A DNA stretch of 64,000 nt, from contig CAJEXW010000003.1 in NCBI GenBank assembly GCA_903994525.1, positions 52,768 through 116,767 on the forward strand. Reading direction: 5' to 3'. This document shows, one piece after another, positions 1 to 10,491 of the stretch (positions within the stretch are counted from its first letter, which is position 1; each line of letters starts with the position of its first letter). The translations under genes and the position numbers were made by a program. This DNA is from an uncultured Chlorobiaceae bacterium (GTDB lineage Bacteria; Bacteroidota; Chlorobiia; Chlorobiales; Chlorobiaceae). The notes beneath the pieces are model-generated. The model saw nothing but the letters and a program-made list of their open reading frames with translations. It did no database searches and had not been told where the DNA came from.

Positions 1-1
1 T

Positions 2-400
2 TTGATTGGTATGGCAGGTGATGCAGTTTTTTTTCAGTTCAGGAGAGAGCGATTCATGCCTGAATGGTTTGGTCTCTTTGGTAGTCCATTTCCCTTTGTG
101 ATCGGTGTGACACTCGACACAGGAGTTGTTGTCAAGCCCGTTGTGAAAAAGTACCTTGCTGCTCTCTTTTTTCAGCATCACCCCTGCTACCGTTTTGAGG
201 CCGATTTCATTTTGTTTGTGGCAACTGATGCACTGAACTGATGTTATGCTTTTGAATGGGGTGTGGCAGGCAAGGCAATCCCTTTTGAGCGCCTTGTGCC
301 CTCTGCTCAGTGTGCCTGGATTGATGAGCAGATCAGGATATGCCAAGGTAAGAGCACCAAGAACAAGAACAGACGCGATAAAAACAAGAAATGGTTTCAA
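2..400 (-). CDS. Multiheme c-type cytochrome with N-terminal membrane anchor (partial, runs off the window)
   Basis: Manual translation from TTG at 400, with GGAGG RBS inside the end of the upstream gene: LKPFLVFIASVLVLGALTLAYPDLLINPG...CLACH...CISCH...CVECH...CITCH. Four CxxCH motifs in 133 codons, no stop. Not in the ORF track. Confidence 0.85.
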   Translation of the reverse strand, partial: MKPFLVFIASVLVLGALTLAYPDLLINPGTLSRGHKALKRDCLACHTPFKSITSVQCISCHKQNEIGLKTVAGVMLKKESSKVLFHNGLDNNSCVECHTDHKGKWTTKETKPFRHESLSPELKKNCITCHTNQ

Positions 401-403
401 CTG

Positions 404-976
404 TTACCTCCAGTTCCAGAAGAAAAATATTGAAAAAATATGGATTGATGTCAAAAGAACCAGAAAAGCGACCATTGGCCTGTGCATTGCCCTCCATTGA
501 TCAAGTGCTTTGACGGTGAGGCTGTCCCAGTATTGCTCCTCATTGCCATCTTTTTCTGGAGTGATTCCAATCTGTTTTATTTTCAGCTTGACCTCCTCCT
601 TCAGTTTTTTTACAAGATATTGTCCTACATGACCACTTGCTGTTACAATCATCATCAGGGCTGTTGCCGCCCACGGAAGAATGGCGTTAAAGTGTACTCC
701 TGAGTGCACGATAATCATCAGGGTTGCTATCCAGCCGGCGTTACAGTGCAGGCGGAGAAAGAGCTTCATTGTTCCGCTCTTGATCACCTTTTTTTTACGG
801 GCCGAATAGACTGCTGAGAGTGCAAAGAAAATGGTACCCGAAATTCCAAGATATCGTCCCACCCACACAAGATGAGCAATATGAAGGATGTTGTCAAGGG
901 CAATCCCCGCAATAATCAACATCAGATATGAGGCCGTAAGGGGTATGGTCCGCTGTATTAGGAGAGATTTCCACAT
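404..976 (-). CDS. Integral membrane protein with His-bearing helices (cytochrome b / ferric-reductase-like heme binder, putative)
   Basis: 190 aa with about 4-5 hydrophobic segments; His in LRLHC, IVHSGVH, AMHRP, SIHI. Stop lies 3 bp before the cytochrome c start. Confidence 0.6.
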   Translation of the reverse strand: MWKSLLIQRTIPLTASYLMLIIAGIALDNILHIAHLVWVGRYLGISGTIFFALSAVYSARKKKVIKSGTMKLFLRLHCNAGWIATLMIIVHSGVHFNAILPWAATALMMIVTASGHVGQYLVKKLKEEVKLKIKQIGITPEKDGNEEQYWDSLTVKALDQWRAMHRPMVAFLVLLTSIHIFSIFFFWNWR

Positions 977-1406
977 CGTCGGTTCTGTTAATCGATAATA
1001 AATTTTTCTTGTAAAGATAACCGGCTTTGCTTAAAAGAGGCTGAAGGGCCTCTTAAAAATCAATTAAAAAGAGTTTTAACCATTTTTTAAGTCTGGCTTT
1101 TGGCTCCTTTAAGGTTCTGGTTGTTACATTTTCTCAGGACAGGGAGAGTGCATTCGTGTAAGTGCTTTCGGGCAGAGTTCTTAATACGTTGTCATTTTTG
1201 CGCTTGTAAAGTTTCTCTTCAGTTTCCTGTTACATCACCCTTCCAAAGAGTTAGCAAACTATGAAAAAAAATAGAGTCTCATGTATTTGTTTACTTTTTC
1301 TTTTGTTAAGCCTGTTGACTTCTACGTCGGAACTTCGTTCGGCAGTGCTTGATATTGATGGACATGCAGTATGTTTTATGAACACAGACAGAGAAGGAGT
1401 AAGTTG

Positions 1407-4082
1407 ATGGCTTTTGAACAGTGGCATACGTTGCATGCCGATGAGGCACTTGAAAAAATCGGCTCTTCTGCTGCTGGCCTCACTCATGCTGAGGCAGTCA
1501 GTCGCCTTGGGGTTTATGGCCCTAATCGCCTTGAAGCTGAGCGTCGGGCAAGTCCCTGGCTCTTGTTGCTTGAACAGTTTAAAAATGTTTTGATTCTTAC
1601 CCTTCTTTTTGCAACGATCCTCTCGGCTTTTCTTGGTCATGGTGTTGAGGCTGTTGCCATTGCCGTGATTGTTCTCTTTGCTGTGCTGCTTGGTTTTGTT
1701 CAGGAGTTCAAGGCTGAACGGGCTATTGAGGCACTCAGGGCAATGGCGGCTCCACTTGCAAAAGTGCTGCGTGATGGAAAGGAGATCATGATCGATGCTT
1801 CGGAGATTGTGCCTGGTGATGTGGTGATGCTTGCCGCCGGAGATCGTGTGCCTGCCGATGCAAGACTGCTGCAGGCGATGAACCTGCGTGCCGATGAAGC
1901 GTCGCTGACGGGGGAGTCTTTGCCTTCTGAAAAGGAGTCCGGGGCGATTTTTTCTGCCGAGGCAACTCCGGGTGATCGAAAAAATATGGTTTTTGCCGGT
2001 ACCGCTATCAGTTACGGCCGTGCAACAGCACTGGTGGTTGGAACTGGTATGCAGAGTGAATTCGGTCGAATTGCCAGGATGCTGCAAGGGGTTAAAACCG
2101 AAAAGACACCACTTCAGAAAAATCTCGATAAGGTAGGCTCGCTCTTGGCGCGAGCCGCCTTTGTGATTGTGCTGGTTATTGTTGCTTTTGGGGTGTATCG
2201 TGGCCAGTCTTTTATTGAAATGCTGATTTTTGGCATTGCGCTCGCTGTAGCCGTTGTGCCGGAAGCACTTCCCGCCGTGGTGACCATCTCTCTTGCCCTT
2301 GGTGTTCAGCGTATGGTAAAGCGTCATGCGCTTATGAGGCGCCTGCCGGTGGTGGAGACCCTTGGAAGCACCACGGTAATTTGCTCGGATAAAACTGGTA
2401 CGCTTACGCGGGATGAGATGACCGTGCGAGTCCTCTACACCTCAGGAACATTGATTGAGGTGAGCGGTTCGGGCTATCTGCCTGAAGGTTCTCTCACCGT
2501 TGAGGGAGGCGAGGATCTGCCTGAAAGTGTGCGGGAGCTTCTTGTTTCAGGGGTACTCTGCAATGATGCCCGGTTAAGAAAAAACGGGGAGGGCGCATGG
2601 TCGATTGCTGGTGATCCTACCGAAGGAGCGCTGCTGGTTGTTGCTCGCAAGGCAGGGCTGGATGAGGCTCTGTTGCAGCAGGAGCATGAACGGCTTGATG
2701 AGCAGCCATTCTCATCTGAAACGAAACGGATGATTACCCTGCACAGAAGTGGTGAGGCAAGGAGGGCGGTGATCAAAGGTGCGCCGGAGGTGCTGCTCGC
2801 TGGTTGCGACTCCCTGCGTGTTGGCGCCGGGGTGCAGCCACTTGATGAGGCCATGAGAGCCGCTCTGCTTGCTGAGGCAGATGCCCTTGGCAAAAAGGCA
2901 TTGCGGGTGTTGGCCCTTGCCGTCAAGGAGTGTACAGAGATTCGGGGAGCTGATGCGGGGATGACCTTTCTCGGATTTGTCGGGATGATTGATCCTCCGA
3001 GGGCTGAAGCTGGTGATGCGGTGCGTCGTTGTCTTGAAGCTGGCATTCGACCCGTCATGATTACCGGCGACCATCCCTTGACCGCAGAGGCAATAGCCCG
3101 TGAGCTTGGTATTCTCAGAGACGGCAGGGTGGTGACCGGAGTGATGCTGCAGGGGATGAGTGATGAAGAGCTGCGCCGTACAGCCAGCTCTATCTCAGTG
3201 TTTGCACGAGTTGCCCCTGAACACAAGCTTCGCATTGTCGATGCCTTGCAGCAGAATGGTGAAGTGGTGGCCATGACGGGAGACGGTGTGAATGATGCTC
3301 CAGCTCTCAAAAAAGCTGATATCGGAATATCAATGGGTATTACTGGCACCGACGTTGCCAAGGAGGCCTCTGCCATGATGTTGACCGATGATAACTTTGC
3401 ATCCATTGTGGCAGCGGTGGAGGAGGGGCGGGGAATCTATGATAACATCAAAAAATATCTCACCTATCTGCTCTCATCGAATATTGGTGAACTTGGTCTG
3501 ATGGTTTTTGCAACGCTTATGGGTATTCCTCTGCCGCTTACCGCTGTTCAGATACTCTACGTGAATCTGGCTACCGACGGCTTGCCGGCTCTTGCGCTTG
3601 CTGTGGACCCTGCTGAGCGCGATATTATGTTGCGGCGTCCCAGCGATCCATCAAAGGGGATATTTACCCGACCGGTTGTTGCCCTTATGCTTACTGGTGG
3701 TATCTGGTCAACGATCGTGAATGTTTCACTCTTTCAGTGGGCGATGGCTTCAGGGCGTCCACTGAAAGAGGCGATGACCATGACCTTTGTGTCGCTTGTG
3801 CTGATTCAGTTTTTTAAGGCCTACAATTTTCGTTCTGAACGGAACTCACTCTTCAACCGTCCTTTTGCCAACAAGTGGTTGAATCTGGCTATAGGGTGGG
3901 AGCTGGTGATGCTTGCTGCCATTATTTTTGTTCCATTTTTTCAGGTACCATTTGGAACTTTTCTCCTGACTGGTGAAGACTGGGTGATTGTGATGGTATC
4001 AGCAATAACCGTTGTTCCTGTTATTGAGCTGCTCAAATGGTTTCTGCGCAAAGGGCTTTTTGAGTCGGCGGCATGGAGATAA
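1407..4082 (+). CDS. Cation-transporting P-type ATPase (type IIA, Ca2+-like)
   Basis: Motifs TGES, PEALP, CSDKTGTLT, KGAPE, MITGDH, TGDGVNDAPALK. ATG 1407 follows a GAAGGAG RBS. Confidence 0.93.
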   Translation: MAFEQWHTLHADEALEKIGSSAAGLTHAEAVSRLGVYGPNRLEAERRASPWLLLLEQFKNVLILTLLFATILSAFLGHGVEAVAIAVIVLFAVLLGFVQEFKAERAIEALRAMAAPLAKVLRDGKEIMIDASEIVPGDVVMLAAGDRVPADARLLQAMNLRADEASLTGESLPSEKESGAIFSAEATPGDRKNMVFAGTAISYGRATALVVGTGMQSEFGRIARMLQGVKTEKTPLQKNLDKVGSLLARAAFVIVLVIVAFGVYRGQSFIEMLIFGIALAVAVVPEALPAVVTISLALGVQRMVKRHALMRRLPVVETLGSTTVICSDKTGTLTRDEMTVRVLYTSGTLIEVSGSGYLPEGSLTVEGGEDLPESVRELLVSGVLCNDARLRKNGEGAWSIAGDPTEGALLVVARKAGLDEALLQQEHERLDEQPFSSETKRMITLHRSGEARRAVIKGAPEVLLAGCDSLRVGAGVQPLDEAMRAALLAEADALGKKALRVLALAVKECTEIRGADAGMTFLGFVGMIDPPRAEAGDAVRRCLEAGIRPVMITGDHPLTAEAIARELGILRDGRVVTGVMLQGMSDEELRRTASSISVFARVAPEHKLRIVDALQQNGEVVAMTGDGVNDAPALKKADIGISMGITGTDVAKEASAMMLTDDNFASIVAAVEEGRGIYDNIKKYLTYLLSSNIGELGLMVFATLMGIPLPLTAVQILYVNLATDGLPALALAVDPAERDIMLRRPSDPSKGIFTRPVVALMLTGGIWSTIVNVSLFQWAMASGRPLKEAMTMTFVSLVLIQFFKAYNFRSERNSLFNRPFANKWLNLAIGWELVMLAAIIFVPFFQVPFGTFLLTGEDWVIVMVSAITVVPVIELLKWFLRKGLFESAAWR

Positions 4083-4178
4083 TTTTCTCTGCCAGTATTA
4101 TAACTTCTCCTCAATCAGTGGTAGATTCAGGGAAGAGTGTGGCTGAGACAACTATCATCATCAAGAAGGGAGTGTGTT

Positions 4179-4352
4179 ATGGCTATTGGTTCAAAACTTC
4201 AACTTGCGGCCGATGCGATTCAGGATGCAAAAAGACGGTTGGAGAGAGCAAAGGATGATGCTGATGACGATTATGAAATTCGTCAGGCAATAAAGATTCT
4301 GGATGAGGCGGTGGAGTATCTGCGTGGTGCGATTTCAGAACTTCCAAAGTGA
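4179..4352 (+). CDS. Small helical hypothetical protein (57 aa)
   Basis: MAIGSKLQLAADAIQDAKRRLERAK...; AAGGGAG RBS upstream of ATG 4179; amphipathic pattern. Confidence 0.6.
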   Translation: MAIGSKLQLAADAIQDAKRRLERAKDDADDDYEIRQAIKILDEAVEYLRGAISELPK

Positions 4353-4410
4353 TACCCCACTCTTCTGGTTGCCAGTAGAGTGGAGAATCGGTATGGTTAC
4401 GTTCCAGGGT

Positions 4411-5592
4411 TCAGCGTGTCACATAAAAGCAGGCAAACTTGAGATAGCTGGTCTCCGGCATGGCCAGAAGAACAGGGTGGTCGAAGGGCTGTGAGTTTTT
4501 GTGGATCAGCCTGAGCTGGCATCCGGCAGAAAGAGCTGCCTGGTGTATCGATTGCAGAAAATCCTCTTCTGAAACATGGTGGCTGCATGAGGCGGTGGCA
4601 AGAAATCCGCCATTTCTCAAGAGTTGCAACCCGAGTTTGTTGAGCCTTTTGTATGCCTTCAGGGCACCCGGAAGGTTTTTGCGGCTTTTCGTAAAGCTTG
4701 GCGGATCAAGGACGACAAGGTCAAACGACTCCTTTGACTCAACCATTTGATCAAGGGTATCGAAAGCATCCGCAGCAACAAGGCTGTAGTCTGAAAAGTT
4801 GTTCAATTGAGCGTTGCGGTCGGCCCGTTGCAGTGCCTCTTTGGAGGCATCCACCAGAATGGCTGAGCGGGCACCTCCATACAGGGCGTTAAGGGCAAAA
4901 CCTCCGTCATTGGTAAAGACATCCAGAACATCGGCCCCGCTGGAGAAGGTTCTGATGATTTTGCGGTTCTCACGCTGATCAAGGAAAAATCCGGTTTTCT
5001 GTCCATCAAACAGATTGACCTCAAAGGTGATACCTGCATCATGAATGGTCTGCACGGTTTCAGTCTGTTCGCCTCTTGCCACCTCCTTGTGCAGTGTCAA
5101 CCCCTCGAGTTCTCTCAAAGGCGACTCATTGCGTATAATGATGACAGACGGGTTAAGCATCTCTTGCAGGACATCGCAGATCAGTGGCAAATGAATATCC
5201 ATGCCAGCCGAAAAGGCTTGCAGCACAACGGCGTTGTGGAAGCGGTCCACAATGAGTCCCGGTAGCCCATCTGACTCTCCGTGTACCATGCGATATGCGT
5301 TACTCTCCTCCTTGCTGTAAATCTTTTCACGGAGGCTAAGCGCTTCAGATAATTTTCCGTGGAAAAATTTTTTATCAATCTCCTCCTCTTTTCTGCTCAG
5401 AATTCTGACGGAGATGAGTGAGTGAGGGTTATAAAAGCCGGTGCCAAGAAATTTTTTGTCGTGGGTAAAGAGTTTGACGGTTTCACCGGATGCTATGTCG
5501 CGAGGAGGGTTGGCGAGTTCATTGCTGAAGACCCAGAGATGGCCTTTCTGAATGCGATGATGCTCTTTTGGCTTGAGGTAGAGAGAGTGCAT
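4411..5592 (-). CDS. Class I SAM-dependent rRNA methyltransferase (RlmI-like, PUA domain)
   Basis: [45 protein letters not shown] motifs. Confidence 0.85.
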   Translation of the reverse strand: MHSLYLKPKEHHRIQKGHLWVFSNELANPPRDIASGETVKLFTHDKKFLGTGFYNPHSLISVRILSRKEEEIDKKFFHGKLSEALSLREKIYSKEESNAYRMVHGESDGLPGLIVDRFHNAVVLQAFSAGMDIHLPLICDVLQEMLNPSVIIIRNESPLRELEGLTLHKEVARGEQTETVQTIHDAGITFEVNLFDGQKTGFFLDQRENRKIIRTFSSGADVLDVFTNDGGFALNALYGGARSAILVDASKEALQRADRNAQLNNFSDYSLVAADAFDTLDQMVESKESFDLVVLDPPSFTKSRKNLPGALKAYKRLNKLGLQLLRNGGFLATASCSHHVSEEDFLQSIHQAALSAGCQLRLIHKNSQPFDHPVLLAMPETSYLKFACFYVTR

Positions 5593-5818
5593 AAAGGTAT
5601 AGAATAGTGTTGTGGTTTTGATAGCTCTTCAATTTCCCTTAACATACAGCCACGACAGCCAGGTCGCGAAAAACTCTTCAGAATGAGTGGTGACCAAACC
5701 ACTTCAAAGGGGTTGCCTGAGCATCCATAAATTTCAATGTGCAGCAAAAGCAATGAATCTCAAAGGAAATAAGTACTGGTACTCCCGAAGGGAATATTTT
5801 TTACTGAAAATAGGTGCG

Positions 5819-6673
5819 ATGCGACAAAAGGGGATTGTGCTTTTGCTCTTTTCTGCGCTTGTAACGGCATGGGGTTGTGCGGATTTCAGGACGGTTCAAA
5901 AACAGGAGTTGCCTGCCGAACAGACGGCCCTGCTGGTCGAACATGCTGCGCTGTATCGTGAAGTGGCCGCTGCATCTCCGTTTATCCGCTCTCTGGACGG
6001 TTATGCGGATGTCTGGATAAAAACTCCGAAGCGGAAGAATCGTGTTTTCTGTAATATTCTTCTGCATCGTGGGGGTGAGTCGAGAATGATCGTCACTGCC
6101 GGTTTTATCGGCTGGCCGGTTGCGGATATGTTTTTTAACCGGGATTCGCTCTATGTGCATGATATGCTCAACAATCGGCTTTTTCTGGGAAGCAACAGTG
6201 ACAGCAATCTGGAAAAAGTGCTTGGGGTGAATTCAGGCTACAGGCTGTTGTCGGAATCTCTTTTGGGTCTGGTCACTCTTTCTGAGCCGTTAAGCGCTGT
6301 CACATCGGTTAAAAAAGGGGCGGGCCTGCTTTCGTTTATGGTTCAGAGTGGGGCCGGAAGCAAAGAGGTGGTGATTGACCCATCCAACAGGACGCTTACA
6401 GCTCTTGTCTTAAAAAACGGTGAGGGAAAGAGGGTGAGTGAAATGCACTTCAGGAATTTTGAAACCATAACGCTGGGGGGAGATTGCGCACTGGTGCCCA
6501 AAGAGATCGAGATGGTTCTCTATAACAGCAGTGATGGTGTGGGCGAGCATCAACTGGTGATCTCCTATGATGAAAGGTTCTTCAACAAGGCTGGAGGCTT
6601 GCTGCGATTCCCGCTTCCCAAAAGGGCCAGGGTGGTCAACATTGATGACCTGGTGTCAGCACCCTTTCTGTAG
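5819..6673 (+). CDS. Putative lipoprotein (LolA/LolB-like fold, DUF4292-like)
   Basis: Signal peptide ending ...TAWGC followed by a beta-rich body. The family guess is weak. Confidence 0.55.
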   Translation: MRQKGIVLLLFSALVTAWGCADFRTVQKQELPAEQTALLVEHAALYREVAAASPFIRSLDGYADVWIKTPKRKNRVFCNILLHRGGESRMIVTAGFIGWPVADMFFNRDSLYVHDMLNNRLFLGSNSDSNLEKVLGVNSGYRLLSESLLGLVTLSEPLSAVTSVKKGAGLLSFMVQSGAGSKEVVIDPSNRTLTALVLKNGEGKRVSEMHFRNFETITLGGDCALVPKEIEMVLYNSSDGVGEHQLVISYDERFFNKAGGLLRFPLPKRARVVNIDDLVSAPFL

Positions 6674-6678
6674 CGACA

Positions 6679-6720
6679 CCGGTGAGGGGTTATGCCGGTT
6701 GTGCTGACATAACCCTCCGG
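6679..6720. terminator. Hairpin between convergent genes
   Basis: CCGG-TGAGGGGTTATG ... CATAACCCT-CCGG inverted repeat between the lipoprotein gene and SOD. Confidence 0.5.
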
Positions 6721-6774
6721 TTCAAGCGAAGCCCTGATCACCTTCACTTTTGAGTGGTCGCAGAATTGGTCGGG

Positions 6775-7383
6775 TTATGCAACCGATGCGTTTTTAAAAT
6801 TCTCGGCTGCGAACGACCAGTTAAGCAGATTGTCTATAACGGCGGCAACGTAATCGGGGCGACGGTTCTGAAAATCAAGATAATAGGCGTGCTCCCAGAC
6901 ATCAATGGTAAGAATCGGTTTCTGGCCGCTGGTCGAAGGGGTTTGGGCGTTGCCGGTTTTTACCACTTTAAGGGTATCTCCTTCAAGAACAAGCCAAGCC
7001 CATCCACTTCCAAACTGGGTTGCTGCTGCTGCCTTGAGCTCATCTTTGAACTTGTCGAAACTGCCAAAGTCCTTTGTGATTTTTGCGCCAAGCTCTCCGG
7101 ATGGCTCGCCGCCGCCATTGGGTGTGAGGCAGTTCCAGTAGAAAGAGTGGTTCCATGCCTGTGCGCCATTATTGAAGACACCAACCTTTTGCGCGTCTGT
7201 CGCTGTCAAGGCGATGACCTCCTCAATGCTCAGCGTATCGAGAGGAGTGCCGGCTACAAGATTATTGTAGTTGGTGATGTATGCAACATGGTGTTTTCCG
7301 TAATGAAAGCCGATCGTTTTTGCTGAGATATGGGGCTCAAGGGCGTTTTCTGAGTACGAAAGTGCTGGTTGCTGGTAGGCCAT
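6775..7383 (-). CDS. sodB: Fe/Mn superoxide dismutase
   Basis: HYGKHH, AQAWNHSFYW, FGSGWAW, DVWEHAYYLD motifs. Confidence 0.93.
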   Translation of the reverse strand: MAYQQPALSYSENALEPHISAKTIGFHYGKHHVAYITNYNNLVAGTPLDTLSIEEVIALTATDAQKVGVFNNGAQAWNHSFYWNCLTPNGGGEPSGELGAKITKDFGSFDKFKDELKAAAATQFGSGWAWLVLEGDTLKVVKTGNAQTPSTSGQKPILTIDVWEHAYYLDFQNRRPDYVAAVIDNLLNWSFAAENFKNASVA

Positions 7384-7504
7384 AACGGGTGTTTATTTAG
7401 GGTTGAAAAAGAGGTAAAGCCAGTATACAATACCATTAAAAATGTTTAAACTTCCATATTGAAGATTAAGTTTCCAGGATTCTGAAAAATCACCCGTTCA
7501 GAAG

Positions 7505-7855
7505 ATGAAATTCATCACTGCCATCCGTTCATTTTGCTTTTGTTCGATGCTCTGGTGTGCCATCTCTGGATGTGTTGAAAAGAGGCACCTGCTTCTCGAT
7601 CAGGATGATATTCGTTATGCGGGATTTTACTGCGATTATCTTCTGGAATCCGGGGTCGTGTCTGCTTCCGGAGGGCAGGCTGCTCTGTCTCGGCTTGATT
7701 CTGCTGACCTCAATGAGCTTCTTGTTACTCACTCTCTTACCCTTGAGAGCCTCAGTCGCAAGACGGAGGTGTATAAGAGAAATTCTGAACTCTGGCGAGC
7801 AGTGCTTGAGCAGGTTCGGATGAATATCCTTCATAAAACAGGTGCCGTGCTATGA
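7505..7855 (+). CDS. Hypothetical lipoprotein
   Basis: Lipobox-like ISGC; overlaps the coaE start by 4 bp. Confidence 0.6.
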   Translation: MKFITAIRSFCFCSMLWCAISGCVEKRHLLLDQDDIRYAGFYCDYLLESGVVSASGGQAALSRLDSADLNELLVTHSLTLESLSRKTEVYKRNSELWRAVLEQVRMNILHKTGAVL

Positions 7856-8499
7856 TGCGAACCTACCCGTTTCTTGTTGGTGTTACTGGCGGGCTGGGGA
7901 GCGGAAAATCTCTGGTTTGTCGCTTTCTTGCTGACATGGGCTGTGCGCTTTTTGAATCTGATCGGGTGGCAAAGGAGCTGCAACTTGTTGATCCTCAGGT
8001 TATCGCGGGGATTACAAAGCTTTTTGGCGAAGATGTTTACTCTTTTGATGCTTCCGGAGGCGTGCGGCTGGATCGAAAAAAAATTGCATTGACGGTATTT
8101 TCGATTCCCGATAAACTGCGGGAGTTGAACCAGCTTGTCCATCCAAGGGTCTTTGATGAGTATTGTAAAGCGGTGGAGGAGGCGAAGAGGAGAGGCATAA
8201 AAATTCTTGTCAAAGAGGCTGCAATTCTTTTTGAATCGGGTGGGCATAAAGGTGTTGACGCAGTGGTGGTCGTTGTGGCCGATATGCAGGAGCGGATTCG
8301 GAGGGCTGTGGCGAAGGGGATGGGTTCACCGGATGAGATCAAGCAGAGGATTTTAACGCAGTGGCCTGAGGAGGAGCTGGTCTCCCGTGCCGATTATCTG
8401 CTTTTTAACACCGGTTCTCCCGATGAACTGAGAGCGGGGACAAAGAGGCTTTTCATCAGATTGCTCAGAGCGGCGGAGGAGGCGTGCGGTCACCCCTGA
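7852..8499 (+). CDS. coaE: Dephospho-CoA kinase
   Basis: VGVTGGLGSGKS P-loop, LVHPRV, EAAILFE. Confidence 0.92.
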   Translation: MMRTYPFLVGVTGGLGSGKSLVCRFLADMGCALFESDRVAKELQLVDPQVIAGITKLFGEDVYSFDASGGVRLDRKKIALTVFSIPDKLRELNQLVHPRVFDEYCKAVEEAKRRGIKILVKEAAILFESGGHKGVDAVVVVVADMQERIRRAVAKGMGSPDEIKQRILTQWPEEELVSRADYLLFNTGSPDELRAGTKRLFIRLLRAAEEACGHP

Positions 8500-8512
8500 G
8501 CCTTGATTCATG

Positions 8513-9325
8513 TCACTGCAGCGCGGCATTTTTTCTGTTGACCTGCACTGAAATCAGGATGCTGAGTTCATAGAGCAGAATCATGGGAACCCCGATAATA
8601 AGCTGGGTGACCATATCGGTTGATGGTGTCACGACGGCAGCAACAATCAGCAGAAAGACAATGGCATGTTTGCGGTAAAAACGCATGAAGGCGGGGGTCA
8701 GCAGCCCTATTTTTGAAAGGATGTAGGAGATAAAGGGGAGTTCAAAGACAAGCCCGGCGGTCAGAAGCGTTCCAATAAAAAAGCTGACGTAGTCCTGGAC
8801 GGAGATGTTGTTTTTTATCAGGCTTGTCCCGAAACCAGCAAAGAATTGAAGCGAAATTGGCAGAAAGACAAAATATCCAAAGGCTATGCCAGCAAAAAAG
8901 CAGAGAGAGATAAAAAGAATGGAGAACCGGCTTGCCTTGCGTTCGTGGTCATGGAGGGCTGGCGCAACAAACTGCCAGATTTGCCATGCAATAAAAGGGA
9001 AGGAGATGATGAAGCCCGCAAAAAAGACAACCTGGAGGTAGAGTGAGACCTGCCCGTAGGGTACAAGATTCTGCAGCACCAAAGATTCACTGCTCCGTTT
9101 GAGTGGCCCGATAAGAATTTCGTTGACCAGAAAGTCTGCAGAGGTGGCGCAAAACAGCATGACAACAACAAGGACTATAACCGATTGTATAAGTCGTCCC
9201 CGTATCTCCTCAAGATGGCCGATAAAATTCAGTTCACTGTCAGGTTCGCTCTCTTTTTTATTGTTGCTTTCTGGCGTGGAGAGGGTAAGCTGTGATGAAG
9301 TTGTTGACTCTGTTTCCTGGCTCAT
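8513..9325 (-). CDS. tatC: Twin-arginine translocase subunit TatC
   Basis: FIGHLEEIRGRL, WQFVAPAL, FELP, AAVVTPSTD, LYELSI. Confidence 0.93.
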   Translation of the reverse strand: MSQETESTTSSQLTLSTPESNNKKESEPDSELNFIGHLEEIRGRLIQSVIVLVVVMLFCATSADFLVNEILIGPLKRSSESLVLQNLVPYGQVSLYLQVVFFAGFIISFPFIAWQIWQFVAPALHDHERKASRFSILFISLCFFAGIAFGYFVFLPISLQFFAGFGTSLIKNNISVQDYVSFFIGTLLTAGLVFELPFISYILSKIGLLTPAFMRFYRKHAIVFLLIVAAVVTPSTDMVTQLIIGVPMILLYELSILISVQVNRKNAALQ

Positions 9326-9495
9326 GACTTTGTTTCAGGATGAAAGAAGCTCTCTAATCGCAAAACATAGCAACAAAGAGCCATGCAGACAAGAAAATGT
9401 TTTATTCGACAACGGTAACGGCGATTTTTTTTGCTCCCGGAAATGTTATACTTTAAACCAATTTTAAGAGTTTGGTCATGTAAAAGTCCGGGGAA

Positions 9496-10473
9496 TTGGT
9501 GAATATCAAGGATGTTACTGCATCGGTTGCCGATGAGGTTAAGCTTTTTCAGCAGAAGTACAAGGAGGAGCTTTATGCCCGCAATACGCTGGTTGACAAG
9601 GTTACTCGTTATGTGCTCAAGCAGCAGGGGAAGCAGATTCGTCCGGCTATGGTGTTACTCTCCGCGCAGTTATGCGGCGGTGTGACGGATGCAAGCTATC
9701 GGGCGGCAATTATGGTTGAGTTGCTTCACTCAGCAACGCTTATCCATGATGATGTGGTCGACGGTGCGGAGATGCGGAGGGGACTGCCTTCAATTAATGC
9801 CTTGTGGAAAAACAAGATATCGGTACTGATGGGTGATTATCTGCTCTCCAGGGGGCTGCTCTACTCTCTTGATCACAAAGATTATGGTTTTCTTCACCTG
9901 GTTTCTGAAGCGGTTCGTCGGATGAGTGAAGGTGAGATTCTTCAGATCCAGAAAACCCGCAGCCTTGATATTGCTGAAGAGGACTACCTGAGCGTTATTT
10001 CAGACAAGACAGCCTCGCTGATCTCCTCGTCCTGTGCGATGGGTGCCATGAGCGCTACCGGGGATAACGATAAAATTGCCGCTCTGAAAAGTTATGGCGA
10101 GTATCTTGGTCTTGCCTTTCAGATTCGTGATGATCTGCTTGATTACACCGGAGACTCAAAAAAAACCGGAAAGCAGATGGGAATAGATATCAAGGACAAG
10201 AAGATAACCCTGCCTTTGATTTATGCCCTTCGGAACTCTCCAGAATCTGAGCAGAACAGGATACGCTCTATTTTGAAGAGCTCCCGCAAAAGGGCGATAA
10301 AGAGTGGAGATGTTATTGCGTTTGTTACAGAGAAGGGTGGGCTGGAGTATGCTGCGCAGGTGGCTGAAGGGCTTGCCGCAAAAGCCGTCGCATCAATAAG
10401 CTCGTTTGCTGACTCTCCAGCCCGAACATCACTCTTGATGCTTGTTGATTTTGTCATGGTGAGACAGTATTAA
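9496..10473 (+). CDS. Polyprenyl (octaprenyl-type) diphosphate synthase
   Basis: GKQIRP, LIHDDVVD...RRG, FQIRDDLLDY (FARM/SARM). Confidence 0.9.
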   Translation: MVNIKDVTASVADEVKLFQQKYKEELYARNTLVDKVTRYVLKQQGKQIRPAMVLLSAQLCGGVTDASYRAAIMVELLHSATLIHDDVVDGAEMRRGLPSINALWKNKISVLMGDYLLSRGLLYSLDHKDYGFLHLVSEAVRRMSEGEILQIQKTRSLDIAEEDYLSVISDKTASLISSSCAMGAMSATGDNDKIAALKSYGEYLGLAFQIRDDLLDYTGDSKKTGKQMGIDIKDKKITLPLIYALRNSPESEQNRIRSILKSSRKRAIKSGDVIAFVTEKGGLEYAAQVAEGLAAKAVASISSFADSPARTSLLMLVDFVMVRQY

Positions 10474-10491
10474 TCTCTTTCTGATCAGATA

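Noticed and set aside
1035-1054. AAGAGGC/GCCTCTT hairpin in a divergent promoter region
   Set aside because: Short stem with no assignable role.
1251-2327. 358-aa and 310-aa (2474-3406) antisense ORFs
   Set aside because: Shadow frames of the P-type ATPase with no motifs. The same applies to the long antisense ORFs over rnr (56934-58253), the ABC genes and proA.
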